Origin: Pelagibacteraceae bacterium AG-461-B04
GTDB taxonomy: Bacteria > Pseudomonadota > Alphaproteobacteria > Pelagibacterales > AG-422-B15
Length of the DNA stretch: 64,000 bases
Assembly: GCA_003211835.1 (NCBI GenBank)
Contig: QCRN01000002.1
Span: 69,393 to 133,392 of the forward strand
Direction: 5' to 3'
A program made the position numbers and the translations under genes. The notes below the pieces were generated by a model. The model was not told the DNA's origin and searched no databases. It worked only from the letters and a program-made list of their open reading frames with translations. Of the stretch, positions 1 through 9,773 are shown in pieces. Numbering within the stretch: position 1 is the first letter of the stretch; the number at the start of each line of letters is the position of its first letter.

Positions 1-1361
1 TCACCTGGAAGCACTTTCGCCCAATCATAATCAGAATTCCTTTTTGGAGCTTTCATATTGTGTACAAAGTAGATGTTATCTTCTTTATCAGCATAAACTA
101 AGTTAAAGCTAGCAATCTGCTGCATTTTTAATGCACCAACCCACTCATCAAAATTCTTCGCCTTATTCATTTTGAACCACGCAGTAGAATGATTAATAGT
201 ATCCATGCCAACAAATCTTATTGCATAGGCTTTTTCACCATCTTTTAAAACAGGGCCATGCTCTGAATGATACATAGTGATTGGATAATTAATATATAAC
301 GGTCCAAATAACTTTACTCGAAAGACTTGATCTCTTTTTATAAAGTCAGTCCATTCGCCGTCCAATAAATATTGATCATTATTTTTTTGATTTATCGTAA
401 GCTTATATATATCAGATAAATCTGGTTGATTAACTGTAGCTCCCCAACCCAAGTGTTCGTTAAAGCCTTTATGAACAAATGGTGATCCAGGAAAAGTTCC
501 ACCCATAATATTAAGACCTTCATTACTTTTGAGATGAATTTCATACCAGGCAACTGGTCCAGTAAGAGGCTGGTGAGAGTTGATAATTAACATCGTTTCA
601 TTATCTTTTGATCTTCTTTTTGAAACAGCAAAAGCATTTGAACCTGAGGGTTTAAAATGTGACTTAATACTTGCAACTAAAGGGTTATTCGATAAATCAT
701 TTTTATTTATAGCTATAACTTGATTATCATCACTCATTAAATTTATAACTTCATTTATTGTATGATCAATGCCATAGAATAAAGGCAATTGAAAAGTCAT
801 CCCAACTAATAGATCTTTTGCTGTGGTTGGATAGAGAGATTGATCAACTAATGTTGGATTTATTGCTGCATAATAATTTAATCCATCAGAGTATCCAGTT
901 ATATAATCAAGTGTTTCCTTGGGAATTTCAGTAATTTTTTTCTCAACTGTATTTTTAGTATCAAAAAATTTAATCAAAAAATCTAATTCCACTCCTTCAA
1001 TGGCATCTATATTTTCCATTATATCACCATTTCCAGTTAAAAGTGCATACAGGGCTGAGATAGAATCAAAAGAGAAATTAAAGTCAGAAAGAGTTCCTCT
1101 AGACATTTTAATCATCATTTCTATATGCTCTAAATCGTCTTCAGCCTGAGCAATTGCAAATCCAAAAGCTGCATCTTTATCTTTTATGCCATGAACATGT
1201 GGAACGCCGTATGTATCTCGTTTTATTTGATAACTATAATTTTTTCCTATTTCTAAAAATTTTTTAGAATCAAAATTAATTGTATTTCGATAATTTTGAA
1301 TAATTAATAATAAAACAAAAATGACTGCGACGCCTAACAACGAAAATAGAAATTTTTTCAA
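1..1361 (-). CDS. Penicillin/cephalosporin/AHL acylase family protein (Ntn-hydrolase, peptidase S45), 3'-truncated by the window edge
   Basis: Absent from the ORF track; found by translating the minus strand myself. TTG start at 1361, 2 nt after the upstream stop, with an in-frame TAA 5 codons upstream that excludes a longer ORF. N-terminal signal/anchor KKFLFSLLGVAVIFVLLLII. Motifs RDTYGVPHVHG, AFGFAIAQAEDDLEHIE, and the beta-subunit nucleophile context KPSGSNAFAVS followed by INSHQP. The frame stays open to position 1. Confidence 0.75.
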   Translation of the reverse strand, partial: MKKFLFSLLGVAVIFVLLLIIQNYRNTINFDSKKFLEIGKNYSYQIKRDTYGVPHVHGIKDKDAAFGFAIAQAEDDLEHIEMMIKMSRGTLSDFNFSFDSISALYALLTGNGDIMENIDAIEGVELDFLIKFFDTKNTVEKKITEIPKETLDYITGYSDGLNYYAAINPTLVDQSLYPTTAKDLLVGMTFQLPLFYGIDHTINEVINLMSDDNQVIAINKNDLSNNPLVASIKSHFKPSGSNAFAVSKRRSKDNETMLIINSHQPLTGPVAWYEIHLKSNEGLNIMGGTFPGSPFVHKGFNEHLGWGATVNQPDLSDIYKLTINQKNNDQYLLDGEWTDFIKRDQVFRVKLFGPLYINYPITMYHSEHGPVLKDGEKAYAIRFVGMDTINHSTAWFKMNKAKNFDEWVGALKMQQIASFNLVYADKEDNIYFVHNMKAPKRNSDYDWAKVLPG

Positions 1362-1363
1362 AA

Positions 1364-3031
1364 CTATGCTGACTGTTTATATGACTGGGAAAGATCTAAT
1401 GCAGGTAAAAAATCATTACCTAAAATATGATCTGCTATTTTTTCAGCAATCATAATTGTTGGTGCATTTGTATTTCCACCAACTAAATTAGGCATGATAG
1501 AGGCGTCAACTACGCGAAGGTTTTCAACTCCTCGAACTCTCAATTTATCATCGACAACAGCATTTTCATCACTTCCCATTTTACACGTGCCAACGGGGTG
1601 ATAAATTGTTTCTGCTTTTTCTCGAATGAAATTTTCTATTTGTTCATCTGACTGAACTTCAATACCTGGTGATATCTCTTTTCCACGATATTCATCAAAT
1701 GCTTTTTGGTTTATAATATCTCGAGACATTTTAACCCCTTCTATCATTACATCCCTATCCTTCTGTTCAGCAAAGTAGTTCGGCTGAATTACAGGCGCGA
1801 CTCGGGGGTCAATAGATTTGAGAGCAATATATCCTCTGCTTTCTGGCCGTAGTTGACAAATATGATTACTAAAACAATGCGATTCTGGAAGTTTTGCTCC
1901 ATGATCTTGTAACAAAACGCTCAAAAAATGCATTTGAATATCTGGTAAATCTAGAGAGGCATCGGTCTTCAAGAAAGTGAGGACATTGAGGGGTATCATG
2001 CCACCTGGTCCTTTTCTAAGAGTTCCCCACATACCTAGTATCCATGCTTGTTTTAAGAAGCCAAATGGTCCCATTACATATTTAGCATCTGTAACAGGCT
2101 GGGTACATTCGTTATGCGTAAGAATATCTAAATGATCTTGCAAATTTTCTCCAACCCCAGGGAGGTCACTAATAACATTTAAATCCCATTTTTTTAAATA
2201 ATCAGCTTTTCCAATTCCTGATAGGAGAAGTATCTGAGGAGAGTTTATAGCTCCACCACATACCATAACTTCTCTATCAGCAAATACTCTCTCTAATTTA
2301 TTTTTTCTTAAGAATTCAACTCCAATGCATTTATTTTTATCGAACAAAATTTTTGAAGTAACTGAGTTGGTATAAATTGTGAGGTTTTTTCTATTCTTTA
2401 TGGGCTCAATAAATGAGTATGCCGTACTTGCTCTTCTTCCATTATCAATATTTTGAGATACAGGACCAACTCCCTCTTGGTCTTCTCCATTAAAATCAGG
2501 ATTATATTTATACCCTGCTTGTTGACCCGCTTCTATAAATGCATGGTGTAATGGATTGGTATCTAAATTTGGATTAGAAACTTTTAATTCTCCATTAGCT
2601 CCATGATATAAGTCAGAACCGTTTTCGTTATTTTCACTTTTCTTAAAATAAGGTAAAACTTCTTCATAAGACCAGCCAGCATTTCCAAGTTGTCTCCAGA
2701 TATCATAATCACGGGCGTGTCCTCTTATGTATAACATGCCATTTATATTACTTGAGCCACCAACTCCTTTTCCTCTAGGGAAGAAAAGCTTTCGATTATT
2801 TAAATGTGGCTGCCCTTCTGTATAATAAGCATAGTTATAGAGTTTTGCATCAAATGTTTCACCAGCCATAATCTTAGAAACACCTGATGGCATTTTAATG
2901 AATGGGTGCCAATCAGTTCCTCCAGCTTCTAGAAGTAGAACTTTGACGTCTGGATTTTTTGAAAGTCGATTAGCCAGTACGCATCCTGCTGAACCACCTC
3001 CTGCAATTATGTAGTCAAAATTCACTGACAT
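1364..3031 (-). CDS. GMC-family FAD oxidoreductase (choline/alcohol dehydrogenase-like)
   Basis: 555 aa. FAD fold DYIIAGGGSAGCVLANRLS, GGSSNINGMLYIRG, and C-terminal HPVGTCKMG and VVDASIMP. Confidence 0.85.
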   Translation of the reverse strand: MSVNFDYIIAGGGSAGCVLANRLSKNPDVKVLLLEAGGTDWHPFIKMPSGVSKIMAGETFDAKLYNYAYYTEGQPHLNNRKLFFPRGKGVGGSSNINGMLYIRGHARDYDIWRQLGNAGWSYEEVLPYFKKSENNENGSDLYHGANGELKVSNPNLDTNPLHHAFIEAGQQAGYKYNPDFNGEDQEGVGPVSQNIDNGRRASTAYSFIEPIKNRKNLTIYTNSVTSKILFDKNKCIGVEFLRKNKLERVFADREVMVCGGAINSPQILLLSGIGKADYLKKWDLNVISDLPGVGENLQDHLDILTHNECTQPVTDAKYVMGPFGFLKQAWILGMWGTLRKGPGGMIPLNVLTFLKTDASLDLPDIQMHFLSVLLQDHGAKLPESHCFSNHICQLRPESRGYIALKSIDPRVAPVIQPNYFAEQKDRDVMIEGVKMSRDIINQKAFDEYRGKEISPGIEVQSDEQIENFIREKAETIYHPVGTCKMGSDENAVVDDKLRVRGVENLRVVDASIMPNLVGGNTNAPTIMIAEKIADHILGNDFLPALDLSQSYKQSA

Positions 3032-3555
3032 TATTTCTCCTCTAACAAGTCTTTTTTATATCGTTTCATGTTTTCAACATAGTGCAAAGCGCTTAATTCA
3101 ATTATCTTTTTTTCCATATCTGTCAACTCTCGTTTTACTTTTGCGGGAGAACCAACAATTAGTGAATTATCTGGAAACTCTTTTCCTTCAGTAACTAAAG
3201 CATTCGCTCCCACGAGACAGTTATTTCCAATTTTTGCTTTATTTAGAACAGTCGACCCCATGCCAATTAGTGAGTTATCGCCTACAGTACAACTATGAAG
3301 AATAACTTTATGACCCACAGTTACATTATCGCCAATAGTAAGAGGCATGCCATCGTCTGTGTGGCAAACAGAATTATCTTGAATATTAGAATTTTCACCT
3401 AAAATAATTGGATCATTGTCACCTCTTAATACGCTTCCAAACCATACGCTTGCATTTTTCTTAAGGGATACGTCCCCAATTACCACTGCATTGGGTGCTA
3501 CCCAAAAATCCAAATTATCTTTATTTAATTGCTTATCGCCAAGTGAGTAAATCAT
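3031..3555 (-). CDS. Gamma-carbonic-anhydrase-like / hexapeptide-repeat (LbH) protein
   Basis: 174 aa. Left-handed beta-helix repeats (VIGDVSL, VWFGSVLRGD, IGENSNIQDNSVCH, IGDNVTVGH). The TAATG stop/start overlap with the downstream GMC gene implies translational coupling. Confidence 0.8.
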   Translation of the reverse strand: MIYSLGDKQLNKDNLDFWVAPNAVVIGDVSLKKNASVWFGSVLRGDNDPIILGENSNIQDNSVCHTDDGMPLTIGDNVTVGHKVILHSCTVGDNSLIGMGSTVLNKAKIGNNCLVGANALVTEGKEFPDNSLIVGSPAKVKRELTDMEKKIIELSALHYVENMKRYKKDLLEEK

Positions 3556-3623
3556 AGGTTTTTATTTAATAAAATATTGTTTAAATATATAGTATCTTTA
3601 TTAGACAAAAACTGAAGAGAATT

Positions 3624-4184
3624 ATGGTTGCATTAAAAACTCCTATTTGTGATTTTGGTTGGAACGCCCCTGACTTTGATTTACCTGGCACAGATGGTAA
3701 AAGTTATCAATTTGAGGATATTAAAGGTAACAACGGTACCTTAGTTATGTTCATTTGTAATCATTGTCCTTACGTGAAGTCAGTAATTGGAAGAATAGTT
3801 GAAGATTGCAATTTAATAAAAGATAAGGGTATTGGCATTATCGCTATCATGTCTAATGACGTCAATGATCCTAAATATGGAGCAGAAGATTCTTTTGAAA
3901 ATATGACACTTTTTGCTCAAAATAATAATTTCACTTTTCCATACGTTTATGACGAGACACAAAATACTGGCAGAACGTATGGTGCAGTCTGCACTCCTGA
4001 TTTTTTTGGTTTTAATGCTAAAAATGAATTACAGTATCGAGGTAGGCTTGAAGCTTCACAACAACAGTTAATACCTGATGCAAAAAAAGAACTTCTTGAG
4101 GCAATGTTGCAGATAGCTGAAACAGGAATAGGTCCAAAAGATCAAATACCAAGCATCGGTTGCTCTATAAAGTGGAAAGAATAG
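3624..4184 (+). CDS. Thioredoxin-fold thiol-disulfide oxidoreductase (AhpC/TSA-like)
   Basis: 186 aa. CxxC redox motif in MFICNHCPYV; the overall pattern resembles the thioredoxin family. Confidence 0.7.
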   Translation: MVALKTPICDFGWNAPDFDLPGTDGKSYQFEDIKGNNGTLVMFICNHCPYVKSVIGRIVEDCNLIKDKGIGIIAIMSNDVNDPKYGAEDSFENMTLFAQNNNFTFPYVYDETQNTGRTYGAVCTPDFFGFNAKNELQYRGRLEASQQQLIPDAKKELLEAMLQIAETGIGPKDQIPSIGCSIKWKE

Positions 4185-4194
4185 ACTTTAATCT

Positions 4195-5304
4195 GTGATT
4201 ATTATCACAACACAATGTTTTTTTCCTGAAATTGGGGGCATTGAATCCTTGATGACAGGCATGGCTGATGCCATGAGTGATGTAGGTAAGGATGTGTTGG
4301 TTTTAGCTGATGGAAAAGAAACTGCAAATGATGAGAATAAAAAATATAAAATAAAAAGGTTCTCTGGTTGGAAGCCATACAGAAGAAGACGTAAAGCGAT
4401 TTATTTAAAAAAATTTATAGCTAATAAGAATATCGAAGCTATTTATGCTGATTCATGGAAAAGTGTTGAATACCTAAACCTGGTAAATGTAAAAATAGTT
4501 GTACTAGCTCATGGCACTGAAATACCAAAAAAATATTTTGATAGCTTTTACGCATATTTAAATATTAAAAAAAGACGAATAATTAAATCTTATGCAAATT
4601 GTCAAAAAATTGCTGCTAATTCTGCTTATACCAGAGATCTTATGATAGCTTCATTAAAAATAAATTCTGATAAAATTAATATTATTCATCCAGGAATTGA
4701 TGTTTATGAGGATTTTATAAGTAATGAAGATAGGGAGAATGTAAAAAAAATTATTAAAGATGCATCTCCTATTATTACAACTCTTGCTAGAGTTGAAAAG
4801 AGAAAGGGCCATAAATTTGTAATTAACGCAATATCAGAATTAAAATCTAAATTTCCTAATATGCTCTATCTGGTTGCAGGTAAAGGGCCATACTTAAATG
4901 AAATTATAAAATATGTGCAAATGTTAGGTCTTGAAATGAATGTTATGTTTCTTGGTTGGATTACTGAACCTGAAAAGTCATTAGTCTTACAAAGCTCTGA
5001 CATATTTATAATGACCCCAAGTCAGGTTGGTGAATCTATTGAGGGATTTGGTATGGTATTTATTGATGCTGCCTTTCATGGAATTGCTAGTATTGGAACT
5101 CAAAGTGGAGGCATATCAGACGCAGTAATCGATAATAAAACGGGATTATTATGTGAAGAGGGTGATCAAGCTAGCATTACTAAAAATATTGATAAATTAC
5201 TTAGTAATAAAGCATTAAGAGTTGAATTAGGAAAAAATGGTAGAGAAAGAGCAAGAAGAGAATACTCTTGGAATTCAAAAGTTTCTGAATACCTAAATAT
5301 ATAA
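4195..5304 (+). CDS. Glycosyltransferase, family 4 (GT-B fold)
   Basis: 369 aa with a GTG start. C-terminal EX7E-type region GESIEGFGMVFIDAAFHGIASIGTQSGGISDAV. Confidence 0.75.
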   Translation: MIIITTQCFFPEIGGIESLMTGMADAMSDVGKDVLVLADGKETANDENKKYKIKRFSGWKPYRRRRKAIYLKKFIANKNIEAIYADSWKSVEYLNLVNVKIVVLAHGTEIPKKYFDSFYAYLNIKKRRIIKSYANCQKIAANSAYTRDLMIASLKINSDKINIIHPGIDVYEDFISNEDRENVKKIIKDASPIITTLARVEKRKGHKFVINAISELKSKFPNMLYLVAGKGPYLNEIIKYVQMLGLEMNVMFLGWITEPEKSLVLQSSDIFIMTPSQVGESIEGFGMVFIDAAFHGIASIGTQSGGISDAVIDNKTGLLCEEGDQASITKNIDKLLSNKALRVELGKNGRERARREYSWNSKVSEYLNI

Positions 5305-5326
5305 TAGATTCTCTAATTAATTGATT

Positions 5327-5403
5327 TGGTAGCGGGAGAGGGATTTGAACCCCCGACCTAAGGATTATGATTCCTCCGCTCTAACCAACTGAGCTACCCC
5401 GCC
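5327..5403 (-). tRNA. tRNA with CAT anticodon (elongator Met; an Ile2-lysidine identity cannot be excluded)
   Basis: Reverse complement folds by hand as a cloverleaf: GGCGGGG-TA-GCTCAGTTGGTTAGAGC-G-GAGGA-ATCATAA-TCCTT-AGGTC-GGGGG-TTCAAAT-CCCTC-TCCCGCT-ACCA. CCA is encoded. Confidence 0.85.
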
Positions 5404-5429
5404 AAAGTGTGCCATAATATACAAATTAA

Positions 5430-6542
5430 TTATTTTGTCGACTGGATCCATCCTCCGCCCAAGAGACGTATTCCGTATTCATCTTTAGAATAAAAAACAC
5501 ACGCTTGACCAGGTGAGACACTGCTTTCTGGTTTTGACAAATTAACTATAGCTTTATTATCTGATTGAATTTCAATTACTGATTTTAATAAGTTTCCAGT
5601 AGACCTTACTCTTACTAATATATTGAGATCAGATATATCCGTGAGAAGATTTAATCTATTGACTATTATAGTTGAAGATTTTACCTCCTCTTTTTCAGCT
5701 ACTATAACCCGATTTTGCTCTGAAATTATTTCTTTAACATACAAAGGATTTTTCTCTGAAACTCCTAACCCTCTTCTTTGCCCAACTGTAAAATTGTGAA
5801 TACCTTCATGTGAATTAAGAACTCTTCCTTCGGTATCAACAATATCTCCTTTTGAATTCTTAACACTCTCTTTAATAAAATCTTTATAATTGCCATCTGG
5901 AATAAAACAAATATCCTGACTATCTTTTTTATCATGTAAATGAAAATCCAGATTCTTTGCTATATTTCTTATTTCATCTTTCTTATGAAAGCCAAGAGGA
6001 AAATCTAGAAAATCGAGATCCTTCTTTTTCGTTGTAAATAAAAAATAAGATTGATCACGGTCAGTATCCTCTGGAATATACAATCTCCATTCATTGTTCA
6101 CCTTAATTTTTTTTATATAGTGACCAGTTACTAAACTCTTTGCATTTAAACTCTTTGCAAATTCAATAAGATCCAAAAATTTTACTTTTTCATTGCAATT
6201 AATACATGGAATAGGAGTACGACCCTTTTCATAGTCATTGATAAAAGGTTGTATTACATTTTTTTTGAATATTTCTTCATAGTCTAAAACATAATGTGGG
6301 ATAGTTATGTCGCTAGCAATCTTCTTAGCGTCTATAATGTCTGCACCAGAGCAACAAGATTTTGATTTAGAAATTTTCTTCTCATCATATAACCTTAATG
6401 TAACTCCAATGACATTTTCATTTTCTTTCTTCATTAAGGCTGCGGCAACAGAAGAGTCAACACCTCCTGACATCGCTACAACTGTCGGTTTTATATTTCT
6501 TATTTCAGATGTTGTACTTTGCATAATAGTTATTAAATTCAA
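5430..6542 (-). CDS. mnmA: tRNA 2-thiouridine(34) synthase MnmA
   Basis: 370 aa. PP-loop VAMSGGVDSSVAA, plus CCSGADI and the IPCINCN cysteines. Confidence 0.9.
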   Translation of the reverse strand: MNLITIMQSTTSEIRNIKPTVVAMSGGVDSSVAAALMKKENENVIGVTLRLYDEKKISKSKSCCSGADIIDAKKIASDITIPHYVLDYEEIFKKNVIQPFINDYEKGRTPIPCINCNEKVKFLDLIEFAKSLNAKSLVTGHYIKKIKVNNEWRLYIPEDTDRDQSYFLFTTKKKDLDFLDFPLGFHKKDEIRNIAKNLDFHLHDKKDSQDICFIPDGNYKDFIKESVKNSKGDIVDTEGRVLNSHEGIHNFTVGQRRGLGVSEKNPLYVKEIISEQNRVIVAEKEEVKSSTIIVNRLNLLTDISDLNILVRVRSTGNLLKSVIEIQSDNKAIVNLSKPESSVSPGQACVFYSKDEYGIRLLGGGWIQSTK

Positions 6543-6597
6543 CTGGTATGTATAATATATTTGTCATATTGTCTAATCTACAAAAACTAACTAGAAA

Positions 6598-7374
6598 ATG
6601 ATTATAGACGACGATAAATCCCAAAAATTAATTACATTGGTATTTAATGCGGGACAAGAAATTGTAAGAATTTACAATAAAAAAGTTACTAAAAAGCTTA
6701 AATCAGACAATAGTCCTGTGACCAACGCAGATTTAAAAGCAAACTCTATAATATGCAGAGGATTAAGAAAATATTTTCCAAAAGTTCCTATCGTTTCAGA
6801 AGAATTAGATAACAGTCGTATAAAAAATAAAAAAATATTTTGGCTTGTTGACCCACTAGATGGAACCAAAGAATTTCTTAGGGGTAATGGTGAATTTACA
6901 GTTAATATTGCTCTTATTATTAATAAAAGACCTATTTATGGTTTAATTTATATGCCAGCTAAGAATAAGTTTTATTATACAAAGAATAAAAAATCATATT
7001 TTGCCAAATTTGATCAAAAAGGGAATCTAAAGAGTATAAAAGTTATAAAGGTAAAAAAAAGAAAGAAAAATATTTTGGTGTTTAGTCGCTCTCATGGCCT
7101 TTCAAAAGAAAAGATATTAGAAGCTAAAAAAGCTGTATTTAAGAAATTTAATGCTAATAAGATTATAAGAACAGGTAGTTCAATTAAATTATGCTATATA
7201 GCTGATGGTACTGCGAATATATATCCAAGACATGGCAGGACGATGGAATGGGATATTGCTGCAGGGGATGCGATCTTAAGATATGCAGGTGGCCGCATAA
7301 AAACTTTAGATAAAAAAATAATGAAGTATGGTAAACCAAATTTTAAAAATACGTCATTTATCGCCAAAAGTTAA
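6598..7374 (+). CDS. cysQ: 3'(2'),5'-bisphosphate nucleotidase CysQ (inositol monophosphatase family)
   Basis: 258 aa. Motifs WLVDPLDGTKEF and WDIAAGDAIL. Confidence 0.8.
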   Translation: MIIDDDKSQKLITLVFNAGQEIVRIYNKKVTKKLKSDNSPVTNADLKANSIICRGLRKYFPKVPIVSEELDNSRIKNKKIFWLVDPLDGTKEFLRGNGEFTVNIALIINKRPIYGLIYMPAKNKFYYTKNKKSYFAKFDQKGNLKSIKVIKVKKRKKNILVFSRSHGLSKEKILEAKKAVFKKFNANKIIRTGSSIKLCYIADGTANIYPRHGRTMEWDIAAGDAILRYAGGRIKTLDKKIMKYGKPNFKNTSFIAKS

Positions 7375-8681
7375 TTAAACTCAATTGGCTTTCCATAAAC
7401 ATTTTTCACAATTTTATTATTCCAAAAAACTTTTTTGCCATTAACAATTGTACCAATAGGCCAACCCATTAATTTTTCTCCATGAAATGGTGACCAACCA
7501 CATTTACTTTTCATATCTTTATTAAGTACTTTCTTTACTTTATTTAAATCAACGATAGTAATATCTGCATCGTAACCAACTTTAATTAAACCTTTATTCT
7601 TAATTTTGAAAATTCTTCTTGGATTGAAGCTGGTCAATTTTACAACATCCGTAATAGAAATCACTTTTTTTGAAACTTCATTTAATAAAATAGGCAACAA
7701 TGTTTGTACACCTGGCATTCCTGAGGGACTATTTGGATAAAATTTATTTTTTTCAGATTTTAAATGAGGAGCATGATCTGATCCAATAACATCAATTTTA
7801 CCCTCTTTAAGAGTCTTTCTAAGATGTGCCCTATGCCTATTTCCTCTTATAGGTGGATTCATCTGAGCATACGTGCCAATTTTTTTGTAACAATTAGGTG
7901 ATGACAATACTAAGTGTTGGGGAGTAACCTCAAAAGTTACATATTTTCTATTTCTTAAAAGTAATTTTATTTCATCAGCAGTTGTAATATGTAAAATATG
8001 AATTTTCTTTTTTGTTAAATTTGCAGATTTAATAAGTTTTTTTGTCGATTTAATTGCAGTTTCAACATTTCTCCACACTTCATGTGACTTAGGTTGACTA
8101 TTTTTAATATATTTCTTTCTTATGTTCAAAAGATCTTCGTCTTCTGAATGGAACGAAATCATTTTCTTAGTATTTCTCATTATATTTTGTATGTCTTTAT
8201 GGTTTGATACTAATAAAGTACCTGTGGAAGATCCTACAAATACTTTTACACCACAGCATCCTTTGAGCTTTTCAACTTTTTTAATTTCAGCAATATTATC
8301 TTTCTCTGCACCAAAGTAAAAAGCGTAATTGCAAACCATTCTATTTTTTGCCATTCCTAATTTTTTTATAAATAATGACTTTGTTGTAATGCTTGGCTTA
8401 TTGTTGGGCATATCAAATACAGATGTAACACCCCCACAAACTGCTGCGTAGCTACCTGATTCTAAGTCTTCTTTTTTAGTATTTCCTGGCTCCCTAAAAT
8501 GTACTTGAGTATCAAATACACCTGGGAGAATATGGAGTCCTGAGGCGTTAAATCTTTCTTTTGACTTTTCTTTACATAAGTTTCCAATCTTGAATATTTT
8601 TCCATTTTTAATTGCAATATCAGTATTACTAACTTTATTGTGCGATACAACTTTTCCGTTTTCAATTATGAGATCAATCAT
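7371..8681 (-). CDS. pyrC: Dihydroorotase (amidohydrolase superfamily)
   Basis: 436 aa. Metal-binding DTQVHFREPG, a later GSDHAPH, and GVQT. Confidence 0.8.
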   Translation of the reverse strand: MIDLIIENGKVVSHNKVSNTDIAIKNGKIFKIGNLCKEKSKERFNASGLHILPGVFDTQVHFREPGNTKKEDLESGSYAAVCGGVTSVFDMPNNKPSITTKSLFIKKLGMAKNRMVCNYAFYFGAEKDNIAEIKKVEKLKGCCGVKVFVGSSTGTLLVSNHKDIQNIMRNTKKMISFHSEDEDLLNIRKKYIKNSQPKSHEVWRNVETAIKSTKKLIKSANLTKKKIHILHITTADEIKLLLRNRKYVTFEVTPQHLVLSSPNCYKKIGTYAQMNPPIRGNRHRAHLRKTLKEGKIDVIGSDHAPHLKSEKNKFYPNSPSGMPGVQTLLPILLNEVSKKVISITDVVKLTSFNPRRIFKIKNKGLIKVGYDADITIVDLNKVKKVLNKDMKSKCGWSPFHGEKLMGWPIGTIVNGKKVFWNNKIVKNVYGKPIEFN

Positions 8682-9565
8682 GCTATCTCTCTCTTAATTA
8701 TATTTAGAACTTTTTCAACTGATAAATTAAGAGGATCATCAATCGCTGGGTAATCATGTGATTTAATAATTTTGTGATCTCCCCATGGACCGTAAACAAT
8801 CTCATTTGTAGGCCCAAAAAGAGCGAAAGTTTTGCATTTTGCTGACGCAGCGAGATGCATAAGCCCACTGTCACTTCCTATAAAGAAATTACATTTTTTG
8901 AAAATAGGAATCATATGTCGTAAATTACCCCAATCAAATAAATTGACAATATTTAGTGTTGGATCGTTCATTAATTTATTAAATTTTTCTATGTTTGGAA
9001 TATCTTTAGATATTCCAGTAAATATTAAAGTGTAGTCCTTGAAGAATTCATCTTTAAATAATTCTAAATATTTTTCTATAGACCAGTCTTTCTGCTTCCA
9101 GTTTGAATACGGCGCTACAGCTATAAAAGGACCTTCAGTTTTTATCTTGTTGTTACTTTCAGCTTCATCTACAAAGTCAGACCAAATAAAAGGTGATATT
9201 TTTTTTGAAGTGTTGAGAAAATTTGTAAATTGAATAATTTTGTGAAAACTATCGTTGCCCTTAAAAATTTTCCTAGATTTTGCAAATAATAAATATGCTA
9301 TGATTGATGATCTTAAATCAACAACTAAATCCCATTTTTTAAATATGCAAGACTGCCAAATATTTAGCCAATGCACACCATATTTTTTTTTATTTATTAC
9401 AATGATTTTTTCAAGATTAGGCATTTTTTCATAAAGATCTTTTGAGAATAGACTTGTAACAACAGTGAATTTAGATTGATTATTTTGATCAATTAAAAAG
9501 TTTAAAATTGATGATGCTAAAATGGTATCTCCAATTCTTGATGGTCCAATAAATAAAATGTTCAT
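8678..9565 (-). CDS. Glycosyltransferase family 9 (LPS heptosyltransferase-like)
   Basis: 295 aa. N-terminal GPSRIGDTIL and C-terminal IGSDSGLMHLAAS. Confidence 0.75.
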   Translation of the reverse strand: MNILFIGPSRIGDTILASSILNFLIDQNNQSKFTVVTSLFSKDLYEKMPNLEKIIVINKKKYGVHWLNIWQSCIFKKWDLVVDLRSSIIAYLLFAKSRKIFKGNDSFHKIIQFTNFLNTSKKISPFIWSDFVDEAESNNKIKTEGPFIAVAPYSNWKQKDWSIEKYLELFKDEFFKDYTLIFTGISKDIPNIEKFNKLMNDPTLNIVNLFDWGNLRHMIPIFKKCNFFIGSDSGLMHLAASAKCKTFALFGPTNEIVYGPWGDHKIIKSHDYPAIDDPLNLSVEKVLNIIKREIA

Positions 9566-9597
9566 AATTTAGGTTTATTTATATCATATCCTTACTT

Positions 9598-9683
9598 TGG
9601 TGCCGTCGGAGAGACTCGAACTCTCACGAACTATGTTCACTGATCCCTCAAACCAGCCTGTCTACCAATTCCAGCACGACGGC
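9598..9683 (-). tRNA. tRNA-Leu (GAG), long variable arm
   Basis: Reverse complement: GCCGTCG-TG-CTG-GAATTGGTAGA-CAG-G-CTGGT-TTGAGGG-ATCAG, then the variable arm TGAACATAGTTCGTG, the T arm, and CGACGGC-ACCA. Anticodon GAG. Confidence 0.85.
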
Positions 9684-9773
9684 AAATTTCCCTATTTTTT
9701 AGGGATAAGTAGTATTGTTGAAATATATACATTTAACTATAATTGTAATAATAGATAATAAAAATAATAGTAT

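Noticed and set aside
919-1149. 76-aa plus-strand ORF in the track
   Set aside because: It lies entirely antisense to the well-supported acylase reading frame (1-1361, minus strand). It has no motif or RBS. Such shadow ORFs are typical of AT-rich DNA.
9689-9705. Hairpin TCCCTA-TTTTT-TAGGGA next to tRNA-Leu
   Set aside because: It has only 6 bp. It lies upstream, not downstream, of the minus-strand tRNA and upstream of the nadA promoter region. There is nothing on either strand for it to terminate, so it is probably fortuitous.
9684-9773. Possible riboswitch or leader upstream of nadA
   Set aside because: The 90 nt are almost pure A/T, with no conserved helices that I can fold. I know of no NAD-class riboswitch pattern that matches.
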